64,000 nt of DNA from Bugula neritina. Its lineage: Eukaryota > Animalia > Bryozoa. Below the pieces are notes generated by a model. The model was given only the letters and a program-made list of their open reading frames with translations. It was not told the DNA's origin and made no database searches. The stretch is from assembly GCA_964035545.1 (NCBI GenBank), contig OZ037767.1, positions 1,003,680 through 1,067,679 on the forward strand, in the 5' to 3' direction. The translations under genes and the position numbers were made by a program. Below, piece after piece: positions 43,984 to 54,800 of this stretch; position 1 is the first letter of the stretch; each line of letters opens with the position of its first letter.

Positions 43984-45533
43984 TCATCTGAGAGTACCGG
44001 TCTGTATACTGTATGATATCCCATCTCCTTGGGTGGCCATCTAAAAGCAGGAAGATTATATAGACAAAAAAATAAATAAAATAAATGTATTATTCTAGTT
44101 CAACTGCTCACCCATTTGAAAACCTCTCCATACAGTAATACATGGCAGCACTTGAAACTGCAATCAAATAGTAGTTTAGCAGTTGAAAAGTATTTAACCT
44201 TGTTGATTCTTTTCTGTTGTTCTTTAGACACTATTTCTTCGATGATTTCACCAGAACCTCTCACTAACCTACAATATTATACTGTATAATTTCTAGGTAC
44301 AACTCATTGCCTCGATGTCACAAAACTGTTGGTAGCAGTGTGACGAGTTCGAAAAGTCTGGTAGTCAGAAGTATAGAGACAAGTAGCATACAGCTTGCTA
44401 ATCCAGTTGAGAGTAAATAGAGTAGACTTTATTTCTTCAGTAAGATATGCACAGATGAACTTATAAGAATGAACTCCGAGAATGAACTTATAAAAAGGAA
44501 CTGATTCGTAAACACAACTGCCTCAGTATTTATAGTAAACAAAACACTCTAGAACATTCTCAAGCATTCCAGTATAGAAGATTCTAGTACAAAACATTCC
44601 CCACATACCAATACTATTTATAGAAAATCAAAACAAAACATTGGAATTTCCATGGTTATTTCGCAATTATTGCGCAATACCTTGTTTACATTGCTGGACA
44701 GTAGTTAACATGACTAATGAAAATAACAATGAACAATGACCCATCTCTTTGATCAATCTAGAATATTTATGAACATTCGTGTATAATCATTAGGAAAAAC
44801 CCGGTAAGTCTATAGGTATATGTATACTCAGAATTTGTGACACTCGACATGACTCAAAAGTTTTACTATAAAATGACTAACCAGCTTCATTCTTGTTATT
44901 TCTTGTTATTTTCCCAGTAAAAAAACTATCCAATTTTAAAATAGAATTATAGCGCATTTTCACATCTTCCATATACTTATTGCACAAACCTGAAAAAACT
45001 TCACCTACAGAATCTAAGCTCATATGTGCAACTAAAATTCTCACCTGTGACGCCCAGTGTCAGGGTCAAACACCCGCCTTACTTCACTCTGCTGCTTCTC
45101 CCACATCTCTTTGGTCATTGGTCCTTTACTAACAGCAGAGGTTGTGGGTAAAACTGGTCCAACAGCCTCAAATTCACTACTTTTTGCATTTTTACTCCCC
45201 ATTTCTACATTTTTACTGGAGGATTTATGCTTTTTCTTCTTTTTATGCTTCTTTTTCTTTTTCTTGTAATCAGATGATGAGGTGGAACTTGATGAACTTG
45301 ACCGTTGTCTGCAAGCATCAACGGTGTCTAAACATGTGCTGCTAACTTCACTACTAATAATTCAGGATTATTGCACTATCTACGTACCGAGATTCTTTAT
45401 GTTTCGCTTTTTTTGAGCGATGTCGCTTTTTAATACTAGAGTTACTTTTGAGACGATCTTCGTCAGCAGAGCTTGAAAACGAAGCAGATCTTTTACGCTT
45501 TCTTTTAGTCTTTTTAAGAACTTCACGAGGCAT
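43984..45533 (-). CDS. ARL6IP4: ARL6IP4 / SR-25-like Ser/Lys-rich nuclear splicing-associated protein, 4 coding exons
   Basis: Exons 45533-45388, 45308-45045, 44268-44199 and 44040-43984. A K/R/S-rich N-terminus precedes the conserved C-terminus [56 protein letters not shown]. The gene is absent from the ORF track. Confidence 0.9.
44316..44842 (-). mobile_element. Solo LTR (527 bp) in ARL6IP4 intron 2
   Basis: TG...CA ends with a 9-bp terminal inverted repeat (TGTCACAAA / TTTGTGACA) and a perfect 5-bp target-site duplication CTCGA (44311-44315 and 44843-44847). On the minus strand, TATAAATA (44534-44527) is followed about 100 bp later by AATAAA (44433-44428). Confidence 0.85.
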
Positions 45534-46478
45534 GATTATCTATATAATTGCATTCGCATTTTATTTACAGAATCTATCAAGATAATTTTTCTTTTAGCAT
45601 AAACTGATAATTTATTAAGTTCTTCTGTTGGTAAAGAAACTATTTAATAAATAAACAAATACGGTTATCATAAGTGGATTTTGACTGGCCAGTTTCAAAT
45701 GATCAGCTAAATATGAATCTGTATGACATTTGGGTATTACTAACAGCATTACCATGATGGAATAAATATGAATGACAAGATACAAATTAGAGAAATGCAA
45801 CATGAATCACAACCACATACAATATGAATTTGGCAACCAGAATAAAGTTAAGTAAAAGTGTAAAAATAGCAAACTAGGAAATATTAAACTAAAAGTACAT
45901 ACAGTAAATTTAAGTAAAAAAATATAATATTATGGATGCCTAAACAATAAAGTAAACTGTAACTATTCCTATAAGTACAAGATCAACATTAGCTATAAAT
46001 ATAAATATCAAAGTGAAAATGACAGCCTAAGACTACGAATACGAGTCAGTTATCACTACTAATACTTATGCAGTTATTATTATACTAGTACTCAGTAGTA
46101 AGATTAAAAGTATGACTAGTACTAGTAGTACTATTATTAGTAATAGACTTAGTAGTAGACTAGTAGTAAGTACAGTATCAGTATGAGTATGAGTAGTGGT
46201 GTAGTACTACTACTACTAGTAGTAGTACTACTGCCACTTCAACTACGTCTACTACGTCTACTAGGTCTAGTAGTACTACTACTTCTGTCTTCTAGGTACA
46301 GTGTTTTAGTTTAGTAGAACTAGATACATGTGATTAATAAATTATCGTAATAATAATTATCAAACTATTATTATAGTTATTGTATTGTAATTATATAGAT
46401 TATTTATAATATTATATTATGCTGAAGAAACAAGTGAAAAGGAAAATCCAAGGACAGCCCAACAACTACGAATCATTA

Positions 46479-46614
46479 TATAAGCAGCTCAGAGTTGGGG
46501 GTGACTGAGTCCAATAATTTGGAGTTTAGAGTTCAAACAACACGCTCCCGAGTGTAAACTCGAGAACGCCTTAATCTCTAGCTTTTAGTCACCCCCAGCT
46601 TTGGGCTACCTATA
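46479..46614. mobile_element. 136-bp element with ~30-bp imperfect inverted repeats (MITE-like or hairpin) in the ARL6IP4/HAAO promoter region
   Basis: TATAAGCAGCTCAGAGTTGGGGGTGACT versus the reverse complement of the right arm, TATAGGTAGCCCAAAGCTGGGGGTGACT. All mismatches are transitions. Confidence 0.5.
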
Positions 46615-47393
46615 GAACAAACCTAAGAGTAGCGGCAGTGCAGTTTCTAATTGAGGAGATAACCCCACAATACCGCCTTCAAAATTATGCTCTCGGATAT
46701 TTAGTGAGAAGGTAACTTCGAATTGAAACAATTGTTTCATTCAGCCTGCAACTTGCAGTGGAAACAGGTGAAACTAAGGGCTAAATCTTACGTTTGCTTT
46801 ATTTTAATAAAATTAATGTAAATATAAACAATACTTAGAATGATACTATAGTAATAAATTTTCATATACCCAAGTTACAAAATTAAAATAAACAATGATC
46901 ATAGTCTTACTCATACTCATACTGATACTCTGAGTCTGACTCAATTTCATCCTCATAGTCATACTCATACTCATACTCATAGTGATACTCATAGTCATAC
47001 TGATAGTGAATAAAAATTAGTGTTACTGTTAGTGTTACTGTTAGAAAGTAACAGTAACACAAACTAAGAACTTCTAGATCTATTTATAACTCAAACTAAA
47101 TCTGATCAGTAAGTTAGTAAGTTTGACTATTATTAATCATTGGAATTATTATTATACTTATAGAATTAAATATACCTAACTATTAAATTTAATAATACTA
47201 ATAGTAATAATTTGTTATTATTTGCTATAGATTTGCATATTCATATTGAATAACCACTAATATTTTTATTTATTATTATATTTATTACTTATTAGCAACT
47301 AGCTGTATCACTTTCAGTATCTTATGTACATTTGTATTCATTCTTTTAGTTTACTATTGTCTTCCCAACTAACAGTCTCACCTACACGTGGTG

Positions 47394-50300
47394 ATGATGG
47401 AGCCGACAGTGCACAACATGTTTGAATGGATTCAAAAAAATTCTCAATTTTTCCTTCCTCCTGTATGCAACAAGTGTATGTAAGTGTTGGTGTTTTGAAG
47501 GTTTTTAATCCACTGTTGATGCTGACAAAAGTTAGCTAGCTAGGTTGGGGGAGTGAAGGTTAATTACTAATGAATAACACAACCGAATAGTTTTTTTGCA
47601 TGAGTATGTGCTTTATGTATTTAATTGCATTACTTTCTTAACAATATTATCAAATAAATTTTTTGTTGAGGTACAAATTACTTGATAAAGAATATTTTAA
47701 AAACCATGCATATGTAAAATTGTGAACCAGTGCATTGACTTGGTAGGTATGCAACGCAAATGAAATGCTTCTTTGTTGGAGGTCCGAATGTACGGAAAGA
47801 CTACCACATAGAAGAGGGCCCAGAGGTATGCATTTCTCCTATCCCATGTCACTCTGTACTTTGAGTACATGATGTAAGGGCTGCCTATGTCAACTGTTCC
47901 TACCAAACTATTCTCGCTGTTTTTCACAGCTAAGTTTGATTGAGTTATTGCTAGTGTTGTTTTTATAGATCATGTAATTTTTGTATTCCCAAAAAATTTG
48001 CTGTTTGTTTGTTTAGTTCTTCTACATGGTGAAGGGAGACATGTGTCTGAAGGTGGTCGAGCAGAACAAACATAAAGATGTCATCATCAAGGAAGGAGAG
48101 GCAAGTAAGCTCATTGGTGTTGTGTTTTGTTAGCTTGAATATGATTGGTGTTATTTAAGATGATAGGTGCTTGGTATCAAATTCTCTTAGCTGGAATATG
48201 ATTGGCCGCAAGTCATGTAACCTAAATATTGTTTAGTTACGAGTTATGCAAACTCATATTTGATCAATTCAATTTTTCTCAAAGCAAAATGTAACTTTTT
48301 TATTACTAGAAAGTAAAAAATTTCACGAATAAAGTAATATTTTGTTAACATACAATTTACAATGCTATCTATTCCACTGTAGATATCAATGCTGTCTGAC
48401 ACACTGTAGATATCAATGCTGTCTGACACACTGTAGATATCAATGCTGTCTGACACACTGTAGATATCAGTGCTGCCTAACTCTGTAGGTATTTATGCTG
48501 CCGCCCAGAATTCCCCATTCTCCCCAGAGACAAGAGAACACTGTTGGTTTGGTGATTGAGAGAGCGAGAGACAAAACTGAAATGGACTGTCTGAGGTATA
48601 GACTAATTTCCTTGTTTGAAATCCTACAGGATTATGGCTGGCGTCGTAGCTTCACTGATCTTACCTTTTGGCAAAAGCATTTCAGTATATTTTATATAAA
48701 TTAATTGGAACCCATTTTATATTCTATTCAAGTTAAAATTTATAATGTTGTGCAGAAATCATAAACATCAGGTGTCTTGACTTTTTCTCAAAATTAATTG
48801 GCTATTTTAGTCTCGTATTAATAAACTTATCCATGAATAGTTTGCTTAGCAGCTGTTCATTTATGCATATTAAATATTTAAAATTGCACCAATAACCATT
48901 ATTATTTAAGGTAATATTCTATTATATATTGTACTTTGAGTGATATTCTATCATCTATTGTACCTTGAGTGATATTCTATCGTATAGATACTTTGTTGAG
49001 AGAAATGGGAGCCCCACATCTGAAGTTCTCTATGAAAAGTGGTTTCATTGTGAGGACCTGGGCCCCCAACTAGCAGCCATTGTGAAGGAGTAAGCTTGTT
49101 TACTTGTGTACTCCATTTTATTGTGGATTTCTATCCCTCGTCTAAACAATGTTATTGTATATATACAATGTGGTAGTGCAATACTCTGTAGTATAATAGT
49201 GGTATTGCCTGGTTACAGGTATTTTGATACTGTACAGTACAAGACAGGAGTTCCTGTACCAGGTGGGTGTTTGATTTACAACCTTTGAGTGTAAATTATG
49301 TGGTTATTTGAACTGAGTAATTACTCATAGATTCAGTTGCCTACATACTTTCATTGCTATACAATATAATATATGAACAGTGTTACTAATATCACAGAAT
49401 CAATTCCAAAGCCAGAAGACTGCCCATTCACTGTAGACGGGGAGAGGAAGTTGATGAATCCTTTCTCTCTCAAACAGTGGCTGGCTGAGAATGAGACTAG
49501 ACTGTGTGAGCAAGGTGCTGCCGACCTGTTTGATTTCGTGCTGTCTGGTGGGACAGAGGTAGGCCTTAGTCTTTTTAGTGTGTGTTTACTGTATTACAGT
49601 ATTAGTCATGTATTACAGTATTAGTCATGTATTACAGTATTAGTCATGTATTACAGTATTAGTCATTATATTACGCTATGAGTCATCGTAATGTCAAACT
49701 GTGTTGAAGGTAAAAGTCTACGGAAAGGGGGAACAACATGGAGTAGTCAAAGATGCTGAGATTTTCTTCTGGGTTTTAGTAAGTCAACATCGTCTTCATT
49801 ATTATGTTACTTCTGTCAGTCTATGTCAAGGACACCTGCTACACACTGACACCTGCTACACACTGACACCTGCTACACACTGACACCTGCTACACACTGA
49901 CACCTGCTACACACTCCTAACACCTGCTACACACTGACACCTATCCTGCTATTTGTGAATGGAAGTATTTTAATTTTAATGAAGGTCTTACAGTTGTTAT
50001 TGAAAATTTTAGGGAAATCATTCTAAGCATACATAGTGTTGTGTATGTAGGTGTGTTCTACTGCCTTTTAATGTGCTCTGATTTAATATGCGACAGGTGG
50101 TAGCATGTGCTCTGATTTAGTATGTGACAGATAGTAGCATGTGCTCTGATTTAATATGCGACAGATAGTAGCATAAAGTAGATTATCTTCTATAATACTA
50201 AACTTCTTGTAGCACGGGGATTGTGTGGTAACAGACGAAGGTGCTTGTAAGGATTATCCAATCAGCAGAGACGATACTCTTTGGCTACCAGCCAATACTA

Positions 50301-50667
50301 GGTTAGCTATTAAACTTGTCTTTCTTTATCAAGTGAAGTAGCTGTGGTTAGCTTAATGACCTCGTACTGTGTTGTTGACCTAACTTTGCTGACCTAATTC
50401 TTTGCTACTGGCAGAAGATCATACTCTTTCTGCTTCTCTCTTACAGCAAAACTTGCTGTGGCTACTCAAGTTTCTTTCTGTTTGAAATACTACAATTTGC
50501 TATATTATAGTATATTCCAGTATATTCTAGTATATTATAGTATATTCCAGTATATTCTAGTATAGTTATAGTTTATTCAGTGTTAAGTTCTCTGTTTTAG
50601 TTACAAACTGAAGGTCACAGAAAAGGATTCCAGAGTTCTGTCTATTTTCATGGGAGCTCCAGCATAA
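47394..50667 (+). CDS. HAAO: 3-hydroxyanthranilate 3,4-dioxygenase (kynurenine pathway), 10 coding exons
   Basis: Exons 47394-47479, 47747-47825, 48017-48100, 48489-48595, 48988-49089, 49219-49262, 49398-49558, 49710-49778, 50213-50301 and 50601-50667. Motifs: [37 protein letters not shown] (Fe-ligand His/Glu/His present), [16 protein letters not shown]. Intron 3 is GC-AG. Confidence 0.95.
48375..48503 (+). repeat. 27-bp x4 array plus the real junction at the HAAO exon 4 acceptor
   Basis: CACTGTAG|ATATCAATGCTGTCTGACA versus the real CTCTGTAG|GTATTTATGCTGCCG; AGs end at 48382, 48409, 48436, 48463 and 48488. Confidence 0.9.
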
Positions 50668-50885
50668 CTATATCAACTCTCCAGGATTTCTATTTGTGTT
50701 TAAATTTTTATGTGTATGTCTACTTTATATATCTATGTCTACTTTCTATGTCTATATCTACTTTATATGTCTATGACTACTTTCTATGTCTATGATTACT
50801 TTATACGTCTATATCTACTTTCTATGTCTATATCTACTTTCTATGTCTATGTCTACTTGATACGTCTATGACTACTCTATATGTG
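49591..50885. repeat. Cluster of distinct HAAO intron and 3' UTR minisatellites
   Basis: 19-bp unit (49591-49680), 17-bp (49831-49945), 34-bp x3 (50071-50175), 10-bp (50500-50575) and 18-bp (50710-50885). Confidence 0.9.
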
Positions 50886-51880
50886 GAGAAGTTAGAGAAG
50901 TTTTTGTATCCCTTCAAGTCATTTATCTAGTCTACAGAAAGGTGTTCCCTTCTGGTAAGTTACGTACATGCCATAGTCACACCTGTTAGCAGTTGTTTCC
51001 ACCTGTCTTACGGTGCTGTACAGAGAATTTATGGTGCTACATTCAGTTGAATTAGACACTAGGCAGCTATACAGCTTTATTCACTCATCATTAGTATAAC
51101 TTTTTCACTGCTGCAGAAATGTTCATTTTATCACATATTGTTACCAAAATAAAACATACAGCATACTGCTCACAGAAAACCTGTATTGAGACTATAAGCT
51201 GATATGTCAGCACAAACAGGTGATGATGAGATGGGAATCTCTTCGCATGTGACACCTTCTTGCATAAGTTCCACAGTAATTTAATATGGGGGAGGGTGAG
51301 GACACCCCCTTGTGGTGCTCATTATAGTGATTTCAGCGATTCGAATAGTGTGAATTCTTAGCAGTTGTGTAGTTCATTGTGGCGCAGGGCTGTTGATACC
51401 CCCACCCTGCAATGCCTTCGTAATTGTGATAACTTAAGCATTGATCTAAATAATAATATTCACTGATTATTGAAGAAACATTATGTGATAATTGGCTAAG
51501 ATATTAAACTCAATATTATAATAACTCTGACAAACATGCTTTTATGATACGCAAATTTGGTAAACCACTCGCCAAAATGTTCGAAATATCAAGCAAATAT
51601 GTTGCCATTACTTGACTTTATTGCCACTAAAAGCAACTGAAATGCTAATACAAAGCATGAGTTGCAGTGAAATAATCTATAAATATATAAATTACAAGCA
51701 TAAAAATCAATCGATACATTGATAATAAAAATAGAGAAACATTAAGCATTACAGTATGTTGCGTATACTTGTATTGAAGCTAAGCCTTGCTGGCATACAC
51801 CATACGATTAATAAACAGCTGAAGCCAAAGCTATGCGTATATAATTATGTTTACAGCACCTCTCAATACGAGTATGATGA

Positions 51881-54800
51881 TTAGGTAGCCTTTGCCTTCT
51901 TGGCAAACATGGGACGTATGAATTTATGGATGAGGAAAGACATAGACTGTGGTTCCCAGAAGTATATGCAGAGTAACATGGAGAGTAGACAGACCACCCC
52001 TACTGCTATGTGTAGCAAAGCTGAGACTGTTTCCGTTATGTCAAACCATGCCTAAATAAACAACAGAAATTGCATGCAAAATTTAGAAAAACAGCAAAAT
52101 ATATGACATCGAAAGTCTAATGAATTCATACCAAAGCCAGCCCCATACACATTACATTAATGCAATGCACTCAGTTGAAAGGTAACAGTTGTGTACATCA
52201 TACCTGAGATGTTGATGTGGCAGTCAGTATTGCTGCATATACTAGAATCACTTTAACTCCCACCAAAGAGCTTCTAATTGGAGTCTCTTCAGTGTCTTTG
52301 TAGAACATACCAATGACATGCACACTAGAACAGTACAGCAAGTTGTATACAGAATGCTGATGAAAAGTGTTGGGAGGATAGAATTACATTACGAGTGTAA
52401 TTTTAGTAATGAATAAATATGATAGCAACACTATCTTGGACAGTTGTTTAAGAGGTCATGTGATTGGCTAATCTTCAGGCAAACAGCTAATCAGAATACT
52501 TTACACAGAATTGGGATTTTCTGTCGAGCAAAATAACAACAATTCCCCTATTTGTCCCATCACTGAATATATAAGGAGACAAGTTTCACCTGTGAACAGT
52601 CCTACAGACGAGGTTGCAGCAGTTGGCCATTATAAACCCGGCACTGCCAAAGTACGTAGTGAACAGGAGAGAGGCTCCAAGAAATATTCCCGTAAACACC
52701 AGCATTACGTAGTTGTACCTATGAAATAGCACAACCTTATCATGCATATCAAGTACAAATGTTGCCACATAATACAAATCCTATTACTATTAGCATGTTA
52801 CCTGTCAAGGGCAACCTGACTCATAGTAGCAAAGGAGAATGCTTCAGTGATGCCGTTGACAGCCATAAGCAAGACGTAGACACAGTACCATCTGAGCAAG
52901 TAGGGACCTGCAAGTACCAACACAGCGTGTCACAAACATCTCATACAGAAACTCAGTACAACCGAGAAGTTGTTTCCTCTATGTGACTGCAAGAGTTGTG
53001 GGCAGAAAACTCTCAACTAATGACAAAATGAAGACAGATAAATTAAATGCGCAGGTGGAATAGTCATGTGCCTAAACTTAAGGTTACCTATGCCAGTGCT
53101 GAGAAGTTGTCCTCCATAAATATGAAGAAGGAGAGGCGAGTAGCTGTATCCAAACACTAGTATTGTTAGACCAATCAGAGTGAGTAGTTTGGTCATGTGA
53201 CTCAAAGCCTCTGTCATCACATGCAGGCTGTCCTGTCAATGAATAACCCAGGAAATGTGAAAAAATACTTTAAGCTTGTAAATTAGAAATTTGAGGAGTA
53301 GATGAAAGGATATGGTAGACAAGAATAATCGAATCATATACTGACAGATGGCAGACCTGGCTAAGTATCTACCTTGGGTTGAGTAGAGCCCGGAGTTCCT
53401 CGAGTAATACTCTGAGAAAAGAGGAGATAACTGCTTTCTTCAATGGGCGCAAATAAGAATCGGGCAACCAGGCTGCCCAGGTTACTGATAATATCAAATA
53501 CACCTTGATCGGCAAATGATAGTATGTTGAAAATTGTCATCACGTACTTCTCACCTTCAACGAGATTACAGGATGTTACATCACAAGTACAGGGTGTTAC
53601 ATCACAAGTATACGATATTTTATCACAGATGCAGTATATATTATAAGATACAGGCTATATCATTGGCAAAATTACTCGCGGTGAGATAGGATGTGACATC
53701 ACTAGTTTAGAATATGACATCACAAACAGAGAGGATATGACATCACAACTCACCTTCAGTTAAAAGTTGCTTTAGAAATGATTGTTTTAGAAAGCTCCAA
53801 GTTAGACCGGCGAGGTGCCTGTTGATAAACACCTGTCCACATAATAATACAAATTTAGGTAACAGAGAGACTTCAGAGTAAGATCTAAAAGTAAATGGCG
53901 AGGAAAGTGAGAACTGGAACAGCGAAGGTAATAATTTTGGTCAGCTGTAAAAAGGATATAGCCTAAATTTATTGCAGATAATATAAGATTACACACACAG
54001 TGTGTTTATATATTCAACAAAACTAACTTGATGATTCGAAAGCGATATTAGTAACTAAACTCACCCCAGAACTGGGTCTTTGTGGTATAAACATGGACGG
54101 ACTAGTAAATGGGAAGTTGTCTACCCGCGCTGTTGCTAGGTAACCAAAATAGATGTAGCAGCCACCAGTATACACCAAGGCAAAGGAGATCTGCAAAAGT
54201 TAGGACATTAGATTCAATATATCTAATAGAAAATTGAAAGTTGATGCAAGATACAAGTAATGCTTCTTTTACAGCAATGAACTATGAAGATAGCTTAGAT
54301 TTAAAGTGGACAGATAAAACGGAAAATATTTTATTTATATTTGAGCAAAGCAAGTCTGTTTTCAGTTCAAATTGGAAGTTCAAGTTGAGGTTAGTTTGAG
54401 GTCGAGTCACTAGTGATATTATGTTACTCTTAGCTACTACATGGTATTGTGACTCAGCCTTCTTAGGTAAGTAATTAAGAGTTAGGAATATATAATTAAT
54501 TATATGATTATAATAATTATTAATAAACAATAGAAAATGACATTTATGAGAACAATAGCTTTAAAACTAACATTGAAAAAAACCCATATATTTCAACACA
54601 ATCTATCTTTAGCAAGTACAAAAATTACCAGAACATTGTGTGAATGTATAAAGAAGGTAATAGAGGTAAACATGATAGGTGAGAGCAGCAGCCTTTTTAC
54701 TAACAAGTCTATTTGATCATTCTTTTCAAAATATTTTAAACTTGTATTTGAAAGAATTTCTCTTATATACTATCTTCTACAATTACACACCCTTCTCCTA

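Noticed and set aside
51218-51300. Possible C/D snoRNA: GTGATGA followed by GATGGGAATCTCT, complementary to the conserved LSU rRNA GAGATTCCCA region
   Set aside because: There is no CTGA D' or D box at a suitable distance, the site is not intronic, and the match is also explained by a small local hairpin. An Rfam/snoscan search would settle it.
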